Shown piece by piece: positions 1 to 13,100 of a DNA stretch of 64,000 bases. This DNA is from Pavona decussata. Lineage: Eukaryota. The position numbers and the translations under genes are program-made. The stretch spans positions 1,178,001 to 1,242,000 of the forward strand of contig CDRNST010000215.1 in assembly GCA_977016875.1 (NCBI GenBank), read 5' to 3'. The notes under the pieces were generated by a model. That model was not told the origin of the DNA. It worked only from the letters and a program-made list of their open reading frames with translations, and ran no database searches. Each line of letters begins with the position of its first letter. The first letter of the stretch is position 1.

Positions 1-2151
1 ACGTAAGATTCAGTCCCACAAGGCTCAGAAGGACGTTAATCTATGATGTACCTGTTAATGAGCAGTGAATAATAATTTTATTTGCTAATACACACTTGGA
101 GGTGTTTTTCGAGTTTTCAACAGGATATATATCTAGACAATTTTTGGAAAATTAAGGTAGCCAGATGAAAACTTGAACACGTTTCGTGAAACGACTGCGA
201 ATGGCGACGCCGGGGTTTCTAGCTAGGCCCCGAAAACGTTCAGAATGACGTGAAAGGGAGAAGAAAGGAGGAAGATTTTTCATAAGAGCAGTTAAGCATA
301 AATGATTAATATTGAGAAACGTGATTTTGTTCGTATGTCTTTTTACCTTGTAAACGGTTACGATATATTAGTAGCTTCAAAGACAACCGGACAGACTATT
401 CCATGACCAAGAGTATTCTTGGACCCAGAAGCTTCGATTTTGTTCAGTTTTAAACTGCTATTATCGTTTTTATTATTTGACTTTGTTACTTACAAACACT
501 CGGAAACACAAAATGGATAAAGGGGGCGTCATGAATTAGCCAGTTCGTTGGTTGTAATTTTTGGTGTCGAAAACGATCTTTACTCGCGAAACGAGAAATG
601 CTCAGTGTATTTTAGCATTATATTATCCGTGAAAGGTGACCCTCTTGAAAACAGTACGACTTTTAAATCACGTTGCGTACTTTAGATAATCACTTGTCAA
701 ACCAATCTTGTTTCTAGGGTATTTTAATCTGCTGGTAAACAACAGGGAAGAAGCGAGAATTCAGGAGACGGGACTGGTATGAGATTTTAAAGTCGTACTC
801 GAATTAACTCAATCTTGTACTCGAACTCAGACCTGAGAGTTCCTAATACAATAGTAGCTCCATGCGCAATCGGCACACTTGTTATCATTGGGAATACAAT
901 AAGACACACAAGACTGACGTATTCTGGGAAACCGAAAAATTAAAAAAAAAAAAAAAAACACGATACGATGTATGGAAACAAAACTGAACAATTCGATACC
1001 ACTAGTACTGGGAAACTGAAAATAATACATTACGATGCCAGAATGGGAAACTGAAATCAGCACGAGAAATGGAAAATGATGCAAACCTGTCCAAGCAATC
1101 AGTGTATGGGTCTTTGACTCGATAAAAAAAGAACCATTTTGCTAAAAAGGCTATCTTCCTACCTGTCCGCTTTGTGCACGCTATGTTCGCTGATTTTTCT
1201 TACACTGGCCTATTTCTTGCAACGGCGGCTTGGTGGCTGGCTGTAGCCTGAAAACTTGGCACAAATAAATTTTAGACGTCACGCTAACAGATTGTGCTTG
1301 CGTGATCTGCTCTCAACTGCAGGTGACCCAAGAAGGAAGTTTTGCTTTTCCTGCGATCTATTGAATTGTTAAGAATTCTCACGAAATTGAAAATGTATTT
1401 CTCGAATATTAAAACCATCTCTTTATCCAACTGTTTAGGTTTCACGACTGCAGCCAAGGCACTAGAACATTTAGGCATTAAGTTGTAACGAACGTGATGA
1501 CATGTAACTTTTTCCTTTATCCTGAGTGATTATATACTTGTTATCAACGAGGTAAACTATTATTTACTTCATTTCGCTTTTTCACAACACATCGATCACA
1601 TCACACTAGCTCTCCGCAATTCCGGCGTCTGTTACTGTTTCCAACTGATATACATGCCATGTAAAACCGCCCTTAATAAACCAGATGAAGGCTGGCGCTG
1701 GCCAGCCAATTTTTAATACGCATCAATTTGATCAGTCAGTTTGCGGTAGTCTTCGCGCACTAGTCTATTTAGTTATTTTGTTTTGATCCAACACCTTTAG
1801 AGCGAGTTTGGTCGTACACGGTTCAAGTTGAAGTGGTTATCAAAAACTCTCAGTACTGCTGGTCAAGTTGTTTTAGGGTGATTGAATGACTGGTTATAAA
1901 TAATCTAACGCTCCGTCACTTTCGATTCAGATAATCTCATTGAAGTAATGCTTACCTCAGAAATAATATGATTAAAACAGAACTGAAGAAGGCAGCGACA
2001 AAATTACTTCTTGTAGTCGATCAGCAAGCCTCTTCTTGTTCTACAGGGCCGGGGGAGGGGCGATTATTTTAGTAAATATCCCATGGTGCATTTCAGTGCG
2101 TCCGCAAGCTAATCCGGTCAGCGAACATCCCCATCAGAACCAAGATCCAAC

Positions 2152-5100
2152 ATGGCGGCTGTGATGAGGAACTTGCGCTGCGAGCGATTTTACCAGTTTC
2201 TTCGACTTTTCAACGAATCTGGAATCTCTCTGCCACAAAGATTTGCATTAAGAAGCACATTTAGTACCAGTACGTGCAAGTTGTATTCTAAAACGCTTCC
2301 TTTCTTGGCGAAAAAGTGGGAAGCCGCGGGTACAACAGATCATGATTTTGCTAGACCGCGGACCTCTGGTCGGGACGATCTCAAAACAAGACCGCGATCG
2401 AGCAATAGAAATCACAGCAACGAGGAGGATGACTCCGAATCTGATTCAGAGAGTGAAGACGAAGAGGATGTGGGCCGCAAATCTGGCAAACTGAAGCAGA
2501 AAACTGGGAAGGTAGCAGCAAAGCTAAGTCAAAAATCTGCACGCACAAAAATTTTGCGGCCCTCCAAGTATCTGTTTAGAGATCGTGGAGGATGGAATGA
2601 AGAAAAGCAATGGGAGGGACGAGAAATTCCTGAGGATTCCAAAGGCAAAGCGGGTTGGTATGCAAGGCAAATGTCAAGACTCACCAATGAGGGCAAGGTG
2701 AGAGACAAAAACAGAAATCTTGCCCATAGTCATGGGGTCTTTACTGCAAACGAAGTGCAGCCCTGCAAATAAAACTTTAAGGCAACATTTCCTTAATGAA
2801 TAGAAAGCCATGATTATGTACAATACCCAGCAAATTTGAGCCAAAACAACAAAAAGCCATCTAAAAAAGCACTCTTTTCTAGGTCGGTTCTGTCCCCTGC
2901 TGTTCAATTTTATGTACAATTTTGTTTTGTTTTTTCCTAAAAATTTAACTCGGCTCAGCTCGGAAAAATAAATAATCTGTTGATATGCAACAGTTCAACA
3001 GATTTCTGTAGGAAACATATTTTCAGCTTGACCATTAACTATACGATTGTATGTATGTCACTATATATGTAATTTGACCTAGCCTATACATTGTACCAAT
3101 AAACCAATAAACAAGTCAAAACAGGTTAACGCAGCCTTTATACACCTTGGCACCCTACCTCACTCCCCCCCCCCCCCTCCCCTCTCCCAAAATTCAACCG
3201 CAGAGAAAGCATGAAGACGACATTATCTTCACAGATATTATTTCATTATTTTTTTTGTTTAGTCTTCGTTTCCCCTAAGTTTTACAGGAATAATATTATA
3301 ACACTGTATCTTACCATTTTATCACAATCAGATTGATGAAGCTCTGGAGCTCTTTTCATCCATAAAAGAAGAGAAAGTTGCTCTAACTGTTGAGATTTTC
3401 AATGTCATCATCTCTTCATATGCTAAAAAGGGAAAAGTGAGAGAAGCATTCAAACTCTACAATGATGTAAGTCACTATAAGCATGTTCTGATGACAGTAT
3501 GTCATTAGCAAGCTACTGATAAATTATGCCATAAGTTTTCTTTCTTGAAATTATGAGACTGTCAGATAAAATGTCAAGAGTACTGCATGTTAGATGTGCA
3601 TGTACATCCTTTATCTGTGGTGTAACATGGCGTCATGTAGTTGCTGTTGGTTGGGATCCAGTTACGAGTAGAAGGCAAATTTGTTATTAATTTTAAATGC
3701 ACTTCAGAAAAAAACATGCCAGCAGTTGTACAAGATGAGGTACAAAACTTCAAACTTACATGTAATGCGATGAGTGGTTTAATTATTATAATCACGTTTT
3801 TATTGCACACAGTCATATAAAGTTCATTAGTGCACTAACTTTTACCTTTTTTTTCATAACTGCATAAATTTTCATTGTAGTGGCAGTTTGATTTGTTTAA
3901 TGTTTCCTCTGAAAACAAAATCTTTTTGTAATAATTTTATAATGTGACCATGATAACCAAATCTTCTGTGTGACAAACATGTACGTAGTTTTGTTGGGCT
4001 GCTCAATTAACTTATTGCTTCTTTTGTTGAGCTTACTTCGCAATGCTGCTTCAAGAAAGCTAACATTTTGTGATCATGGTCAATGATGAGAACAAGCATG
4101 TTATGCTTCAACTGGCTAGAAGCTTAAGCAAACAGTTGTATGAAGTTTTTGTTATATATAATTAGTGCCTGCTGCCAATTAAAATTTACCAATACTGTGT
4201 CCTGATTNNNNNNNNNNNNNNNNNNNNNNNNNNNNNNNNNNNNNNNNNNNNNNNNNNNNNNNNNNNNNNNNNNNNNNNNNNNNNNNNNNNNNNNNNNNNN
4301 NNNNNNNNNNNNNNNNNNNNNNNNNNNNNNNNNNNNNNNNNNNNNNNNNNNNNNNNNNNGCGTGCATGTATATCACACAAAGTGGTTTTCAATAGAGCAG
4401 TACTGTATTAAAATAAAATTTACTAAACCTAAAACACATCCACAACATTTTTAATTGCATTAACTGCCTACATCAAAATAATTTATTGCCATCAATAGTC
4501 TCAAACCCATTGAAAAATGACTTTTTTGGTTGGTTATTATACTTTCTTTTCTGATGCTGCCCACTCACCAAAATTATGACACTGTGTCACAATCATGTGT
4601 TATCTTTCCTGTTCAGATAAAGAAGAGATCCTTGCAACCAACACCACACACGTACACCAGTCTGTTCAATGCTTGTACCAAGTCTTTATCTCCGCAACGT
4701 TCCTTGGAGAATGTGGAAAAGCTTCTTACTGAAATCAACACAAGAATAGCTAGAGATGACCTGGAAATGAATGTGATCACTTACAATGCTGCAATCCAGG
4801 CCGTCACTGTTTGTGGAGATCCTTTCCAAGCTTTTGAACTCTATAAAGAGATGAAACACAACAACATTAAGCCTGATGGACATACGTTTTCTTCACTATT
4901 GACTGCTTGCTCATTTGATAAAATTGAGGGGCCCAGCATAGCAATGGAAATGCTTGAAGAAATGAAGAGCCTCAAAATAAAGCCAGATATTTATATTTTT
5001 AATTGCATATTAAAGATCATGAGAGATTTTAAAGTTTTCCTCCAAGGACAAAAGCCAGAGTTGCCTGGTAAGACTGTGCCAAGTTCTGAGAATGGACTTG

Positions 5101-8100
5101 AACAAAGGCCAGAGTTTCCTGGTAAGCCTGTGCCAAGTTCTGAGAACAAGCTTTCTCAGGCAACGGAAGCAAAAAGTGGGAAAAGTGATCCAAAACATGC
5201 ACATGATAAGGAAATATCAGAACATGCAGTCATCACAAAAGATGCATCAAACAGCTCTCTAGAAGTTGACCAAAACACCAGAGAGCAAAATAACGAGGGT
5301 CTCAAATTACACAGTTACTTCCCTGGAGCCGAGAAGTTTATACAGATGATGGCCATTGAGGATGTTTATCCAGATGTGCGAACCTTTCAGCTGCTACTCT
5401 ACCTGACTTCATCAAAAGCAGAAGAAGAATTCTTGATGGAACTTATGAAGAGCTGCAATATTTCTCCAGATGTTCCTTTTTTTAATACTCTGGTGAAAAG
5501 GAATGCCCTTGAAGGGGACTTACAGAAAGCCAAGGTACAATACCTGTACATGTTCTTGACAAAAATAGTTATGCTATTCTGTATTATGGCTTGTCAAAAC
5601 CAGGGATATAATTAGTTTCAGAATAAAAATTACATTGTACTGCCAAACAAAGAAAACTGGGAACACTAAGAATTATTTCTGGAATTTGAGAAAACAAATT
5701 CTTTCCTGATCCTGTCATTTGAGATTTGATAAACAAACTTAGCATTCAGGATTTAATATCTTTAAAGCATTACAAGCTTTTGATTCCTTTGCAGAATCTT
5801 TTTCAAGTAAGTGAGAGGTCAATTTATGTCACATCACTTGAGACAGCAGTTATGAACTACCAGCAGTCTTTTTGGACATTTTGTTGTGTGATTCACTCCA
5901 CCTCAAGTCACGTGACATAAAAAAAGCTTGTATTGCTTTAAGTTCTTTAGATCCTGAGAGCTAATTCTGTTTTCCTATTTCCTGAATGTTTAATGTTCCG
6001 TGACCAATATCATTGGAGGGAAAGTCAAACAGCAAGAAAAAACCACAAACCACAAAAATAATTACCATTACAGCTTGCAATTTTTCCTCTTGTATTTGAT
6101 TGGTTTTCCATCCAAACAATAAACATAAAAAAAAAATATTTCTAGTGTTCATAATTTTCTTATTTTCACAGTAACAGTTCCTACCATATACATGTACAGT
6201 GTAGACATGAGTAAGAACAACAAAATAATATTATTGATTACGTCTTTTTTCTGGTTAAAAGTTGCTGGCACCACAGCCTTGTTAATTTGTTTGTTTTTTC
6301 CATTTTTGTTATCCTTAGGAACACATGAAGAAGCTAGAGGAAACATTTAAGGTTCCTCCATCAGAAAAATCTTACCAGACACTAGCACGTGGGTGCAGAG
6401 GCCCAAAAGAGGGGCTGGCACTTTTGGACGAGATCCAAGTATGAATTTTTTTTTCTACTAAATTTCAAACAAAATAAGAAAAGATAATTTGAGTTTCAGT
6501 GTGAGAGTGTATGAAGCATAAAAAGTTGGTGAAAGTTTCCTTTTAAAAGGTTACAATTTAGGTGCCTTACAGGGACGGTGGTGGTGGCAGGCAGAGGGGG
6601 GTGGGGAGTTCGGGCATTGTTGGTTTCTGACATTATAGTAAGCTTTTGTTTTGGCTTGGGTTCAGCCATGAATGATTCGCACAACTCGACTGTGATTCAG
6701 TAAGTAAACATACTTTTTTAGCTTCTCTTGTCCTAAACACTGACTCAGCACTTTCTTCCAAGGGAACAACTTACTCAAATGATTCACCAATACTCCATAC
6801 AGACTGATCGACACATAAGCTTTGGGACTTGAATGAACTTGCTGTGATCTCTACTCGTACTGTAACATACCTGTAGAGAGATTTACTCCCTGCATTTAGC
6901 AATTGATGAATGTTTTCTGCCTTAATTACACAGTCTGTGGGAATTACTTCAGCTCAGTCCGTGTATGGAACATTGATTGCAGGAGCAGCTAAACAGAGAC
7001 AATTCACTTATCTTGTCAAGCTTGTCAAGGTTTGTTTCAATCCTTTGATGTTCATTGTAATTTAGTTTTGTCGGTTTAGCTGAAACAACTGCTCTCAATC
7101 CCACTGAACTTTTCTGACGCCATGTGGAGAATAAACTACATCAGTGTAGTTGTCAGAGTGCAAGTTAATCTGGCAGAACAACCAGTTTGCTCTAAATCAA
7201 ATTTTTGTAGTCCATGCCATGATTTATAATTTTTACAATACAATTTTAATGGTATATAAACAATAGCCTCCATTTGGTGCGAAAATATGCTCAGATATTT
7301 GTCCGCGGACATTATGTTCCGAGAAGCAAACAGTTTTCCGAGAGCGAAGCTCAAGGAAAACTGTGAGCTTTGAGGAACAGATAATGTCCAAGGACAAATA
7401 TCTGAGCATATTTTTAAAGCCAAATGGAGGCTATTGTGGTTATTATCCTTCAAATATTTTTCGCAACATGTAGCAACGAGCTTGAGTATTTGAACATTTC
7501 GTTTAAGAACAGTTTACCGTCAAAAACGTTTAGAACGTCTTGTTTTCTGATACTGCTGTATCGACCAGCAGGTTTATCTCTCCTTCTGTCACAAAAGCAA
7601 ACCGTTCCCCCATCTTGACATTAATTTTAATTGTAAACAAGACGCGCCTTGAAGTTTTAGAAATTGGGGAATATCATCGGATATTCCCCAGTTTTAGCTG
7701 GGGTATATTCGGTCAGGTGAGGCGTTTGGACCAATCGCGCACGGGCGAAAATATTTGATGGATTATAGTTATTGATATTTCAGAGGATGGCGAGTGAGGG
7801 TGTGGAGCCTAATGAGAGGATAATGACAGTGCTTGAACGTACTTACAGCCTACCCTGTAAGAAACCCTACATGAAGGTATGATACTGCACACTGTGTCAT
7901 TGGGATGGTTGACAGGTTTATACAATCTAATTATTCAATTTTCAGTACATTCTACAAACTGTATCTAACTCGGGGAAATAGTAATTTATTCACAATTGGT
8001 TCAAGGTAATGAAATTTTACGGGATGTGGTAGAATACCGTTAGGCAAAGACTAGTGAAGGCTTGTTCTCTCAAGCAGAAACTTGTCTCCCCTCGCAAACA

Positions 8101-8770
8101 TTTTATGGTCACTTGTTATAAGCTATCTCGAACTCCCTCCTTCTTGAAGGAATTTTTGTCTCCTTCAGTGCTTGGAGTGTTCAAGCTAGCAGGCATCCAT
8201 CGTAGCCCTACAGCAATATCCAAGTGGAAACGAAGTGTAGTTTGTATTGATGGTTTGCATGTGATGTCACAGCATCCATGTTGGTGTACAGGAACAATAA
8301 GATTTTTCTCCTCTGCGAGTTCACTTCCATTTTTATACAAATTGTGTGAACAAATTTTCTTTTGTTTTGTACACCAACATGGAGGCAATAATACCTGGAA
8401 TTTAAAATTCGGCTGAGCTTTAGTTGTGAGAATCACCGCAATGCGTACGGACGAATGTGGACTCGCTGAAGGTTCGAAAATCGTTTTAATTTCCTAAGTT
8501 CAAATAAATGGCATCTCGTATCTTTGACCCCTGGAATGGTTTACCTCATGTTGGTTTTAACTTTGATTGTTATTGTTTCAGGAGTACACACATCACCGCT
8601 TAGTGAAGGAGAAAAGATTTCGATATGTGGAGCAAAAAGGTTTCCAATCTTTCTTTGAAAACTGGAAAGAGAAAGCCTTCAGGAAGAAAACGGCATCAAA
8701 AAATAATGATGATGATGATGATGATGACGACATTACTGACGAGGAAGATTCTAAATTTAGCCACCTCTGA
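2152..8770 (+). CDS. PTCD1: Pentatricopeptide repeat-containing protein 1-like, mitochondrial (7 exons, ~698 aa)
   Basis: Exons 2152-2697, 3332-3466, 4617-5534, 6319-6438, 6934-7029, 7784-7876, 8582-8770; all GT-AG, all phase 0, total 2097 nt. Arg-rich presequence-like N-terminus; PPR motifs (EIFNVIISSYAKKGKVREAFKLYND, HTYTSLFNACTK, ITYNAAIQAVTVCGDPFQAFELYKEM, PDGHTFSSLLTAC). Symbol is assigned by recalled resemblance and length. An N-gap lies in intron 2. Confidence 0.85.
4208..4359. other. Assembly gap (N run)
   Basis: Run of n in the sequence. Confidence 1.
7255..7767. mobile_element. Non-autonomous interspersed repeat with long internal hairpin (PTCD1 intron 5)
   Basis: caatagcctccatttgg..aaaatatgctcagatatttgtcc (~7261-7303) is inverted at ~7391-7436 (ggacaaatatctgagcatatttt..ccaaatggaggctattg); boundaries approximate. 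Confidence 0.55.
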
Positions 8771-9064
8771 AGTAAAGGGAAACTGCGATAATTAATAAAA
8801 AGAAAAGTTCAGTAATATCATGAATTTTTTCCTGTCGTTGTTTCTGCCAGGCAAAAATAATTAATAACTTACATTACTTACATAATAATTAATTAACAAT
8901 AATTAATAATTTACATTAGGATCTGGAACTAAACATGTTTACGAAAGCTGGCAGAGGGTAGTTCTTCCAGTTTCTTTGTTATTTTCAAATCAGGTTTGGT
9001 GGATGTAGTGCAAAGCAGCCTGATGTTCTTGACAATTTTAGTAGTTTTCAAACTCAAAATTGAC

Positions 9065-9230
9065 GAGAACTTGAAGAACATTTGGCCGGGAAGAGCAAAC
9101 TACATCAACCACGAAAGAGAACTTTGCTTAGGACTTCTCGCATTCTACGCAAAGTACTATCCATCGATTTAACCAAGTCAAGCCCTCTGGTACATGGATT
9201 GTACCCGGACATGGGTGAAAAGGCAAGAAG
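9065..9230 (+). mobile_element. Degenerate 3' end of an RLE-type (R4/Dong/NeSL-like) non-LTR retrotransposon
   Basis: One frame reads ELEEHLAGKSKLHQPRKRTLLRTSRILRKVLSI, resembling the terminal 'LLGTARILRKVL' motif of such elements. Confidence 0.4.
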
Positions 9231-10153
9231 GTTCAGAGAGGTCTGGGAAACGGTTTGAGAAGCACACCATGCACCAGGAAATTGTAGGAATCTTAAGCTG
9301 CAAAAGAAGCAATGGGGTGCATGTACCATTACCACTTTATCCAGGGGGATGGGGGGGGGGGGGGGGCAGAAAATTCCCGAATTGGAACAGACCGCCAGAA
9401 GTCTCTTAGAAGGTAGTAGAGGGTAAGGTGCAGTCAATTGTCTTAATCTGATGGTACCCAGAGTCCTCGGCTCCTCACTCGTCGGATTTCCCGGGTTGGA
9501 TTGTAACCATGGCACCTGCGAACTCTGGGTAAACTGAGGATGAAAGGTTTTAACACAGCCATGAACCGAAAGAAAACTTTTCAATTCACATTCAAAAACT
9601 ACGATAGTCTTTCACCTATTAAAAGATTCATTTAGATACATCGTCAGATGAAACGGTATATTTCAGTTTTTGAGTCAGTAAATAAAAGGAGAAACAAAGG
9701 TTTGATTTCCCAGAATTTCCAATAAAACTTTAGGGTGGTTTTGTTAGATAACACGTACAAAATTCATCAACTGGTTCATTTCGGCGTCTTGCATATTCAT
9801 TCTAATTTGAGAGAGTAAAATATTATTTATTTTCCTATTACAAGCTAATGACAATACCAAAATATTTCAATATTTCATTTTCCTTTCTAAGTTTCATTGT
9901 TACAAGTTAAAATATATAGAAACGTAGAAAACGTATTGCTACGCTTATAAAATAAAATCGAAAAATCTTTGCAAGCTTGAGATATTTATAAAAATATATT
10001 CTATTATCTTATATCTAATGGAATTGGTTGTTGTACAACAAAAATCAATACCACATAGTGGGTTTTTAAATACGATGGCTTCGAGGCCTAGTCATAATTT
10101 TCTCGCCAAAAAAGCCCCTGAAATCTTCGGCATATGGGGTCGGCAATCATAAA

Positions 10154-13100
10154 CTAATATGCGCTGAGCTCATACGCTTCCATAACATAATCTTTAGGTA
10201 CTAGCCCCACAGAGTACCCCTGGGGTTTAAACAGGGATCCTATCCACCAATCAGCATGTGGCTTTTCATAGATGTAAATCAGGTCCCCTCGTCGGAATCC
10301 CAACTCGTCCTTCTCGTTAGAAGCACAATCCCAAAGCGCCTGGTAGACATTTGCATAGTTGATGCAGTTAGTTTCCTCTTCCACAGCACTTGCTGGAGTT
10401 TCGTCTGCTCGTGCTGGGGTTACAGGCTTAGGGCCCGGCCGCTGTGGTCGCACGGGAACGTTTTCTTCTGTGAAAGTCAATGGAAATAACATTGGTTAAT
10501 TTTGTGGGGAATATAGATTCCTCAGGCCTTTGAAGATGGTTCTTACTGCTCAGTAGCTTTCATTTGAATGGTCACAATCAAGGATTTCATCCATGCACTC
10601 AAAAGTTAGGACCATCTTGTACAGCATAATAAACAGCACCATAGGAAAGCACTGCTTAGCAGCTTTCACTTGAATGGTCACACTTTAGGATTTCATCCAC
10701 AGATTTAATAGAACCACCTTGTACAGCATAATAAACAGCACCATAGGAAAGTACTGCTTGGTAGCTTTCATTTGAATGGTCACAATTTAGGATTTCATCC
10801 ACAGACTCAAAACATTAGAACCATCCTGTACAGCATAATCAACAGTATCCCAGGAAAGTCCTACCCAGCAGTTTCTTCGAATGCTCTCAAAACTTAACAG
10901 TTCGGTGTAAGTGAACTGTTCAAAACCGTTACTTAAAAATAATGGGCACTGAAAGCCCAAACCAATCTGAGAAAATTGTCTTTATTAACATACAGCTTAA
11001 CAAAGGTGCAGGTATATGACTACTTCAGCACCAAGATTTAAAACAACAGAATTACACATGAACAATTACAAACATGAGTACGTAATCCAAACAAAGGAGC
11101 CAAATCTGTGACAACAACGCAGTCCCAGGAAAACTTTCCTCCCTTTCAACCTTTCTAAAACACTTAAATAAAGTCCACCAATAAAATAATATAGTGATAA
11201 TACACCCATTAACAAAATCTGTTTTTAATGTGAGAATTATATAATACATGTACATGTACTTGCAACGACGTGATGAGCTTAAAAAGTTCGTTACTTTTTT
11301 CCTTGTCTTTTTTGTTTTCAATTTTCTGTTGGTATTGAGGTTTGTTGTTAATTTAGGCAACACCCCCTCCCCCCCCCTCCCCCTGTGAGTTCCTTCTTTC
11401 TTGACTTGCTAAATTCGGCCTTACAGTACCCCCCTCTTACATAAATATGTCACATGGCCACAAAGTTACTACAATCTCCATCTCTCTTAACCTTTTACCA
11501 ACTTAAATCAAAGAACAAATTCTCTTATCTTGTCCCCAAACTTTTCTTACAGAAGTACTGGGGAGAAGTCAAGAATATTCCCCATAAGGTGGTCATATCC
11601 TTAATTCTCATGACCTCAGGGGTTGAATAAGCATTGATATTACAAGGAAAAATCTGATGCTCATCACTATTAGGGCTCAAAGGGTTAAACTACCGTCTTA
11701 AAGTGATTCTTAATCCAACGCTTGGTTTTGCTCCGATCACATAACCTACATACCTAACTTACACCATGGTGTAGTAACTTCTCCATCCTAGTAAAAACCA
11801 CCTTTTCCCTGTAAACCCTAAACTTCCACAGGTAAGCAAACTAACTCATGCTGTGTATAAAATTATGTTTATAAGTCGGTTGGCTTGAGCTGACAAGTCT
11901 GTGTCTGGTCAATTGACAATGTTTATAATACACAACATTGATATAGTCGCATTTGCTATGCTGAAATCAGTTTGGCAGCAGTTTTGTTTAACACCGTATG
12001 AACTGCATTGAAATAACCTGGCCAAATTGTTGGCCATTTTGAGACTCGCACTGCAATTGCAAGGATCAGAGGACTTAAAGATACCAATGCATTTCCGTTT
12101 GAAAACGCGTTGCGTAGTTGTTAACATGTCCTCATCTACCATCCACACTAAAATAATCGAATACTGACCATTTCATCAGCGACGAAACTTTCATAAACAC
12201 TTTCAAAAGTGGAAACTGACATGATTTGTGTCAATCAAGTGTGGACATGCTGAAATCTTCTGAATAAGTTTACACAAATTTCGATAAAGTAATGAATGAT
12301 AGGCGGAAACAGGTGGGTTTCCAGAATCCCTACACTAAAGTGTTAAAGATTGACCGAAATGTTAAATATCATGAAACAAACAGAAACCACAGCAACAATA
12401 AGGAGTTCTTTTTTTTTTTTTTCTCTATCGTTCTTTTCGTAAATAAAGGTTTTCAACAAGCTAGGCAAACATGCCGTTTTGCCGAAAGAAGTCCTAATAT
12501 CTGAGTCTTGAATCCTCCACACATCAGATATTTACCATTTCCCTCACATGCTGAACACACTGAGTCCCTCTGTATCGTTTTCAAGATTAAACTCAAGAGA
12601 CAGTCTCCCTCTTTTTGGTATAGGAATTTCTTCAGCTTTGTTCGAAAGACATGGGCTGTTTTGGCAATTAAAACACTTGCAATACTCTTGGCATGCCACT
12701 CCTGCTCTGAAACATGGACACCTTGTCTTTTTTATGGTAGTTTTTCGTTGCACATCAACGCAGGCCTCAAACTCAGGGTCGACGTTCTTCCTCTCCTCTC
12801 CACATCGACACCCAATTAATCTAGGCCCAGTTCTTTTCGTTCTCGGTTGAGGAACAATAAAAGGCCTGTTTGAGGCACCAAAACTGTTTTGGCAGTTGAA
12901 GCACCTGCATTTTTCATCACATCCTTGCTGGACACCATAACACGGACATTTTGTCTGTCGTTTCCCCTTGACATCAACACAGGCTACAAACCCAAGATTT
13001 TTGGTTGTTCGGTATATAGCCTCTCCACATCTGCAACCACTTAGCACTGTCTTTCCTCCTTGCCCAAAGGGCATATTGCTACAATGACGACATTTGCATT

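Noticed and set aside
1680-1712. Hammerhead-like ccagatgaaggctggc..gccagcc
   Set aside because: Core is mutated (CAGATGA) and GAAA is absent; at most a dead remnant
10554-10870. Repeat array as CRISPR-like
   Set aside because: Whole units repeat with no unique spacers, no cas genes, eukaryotic context
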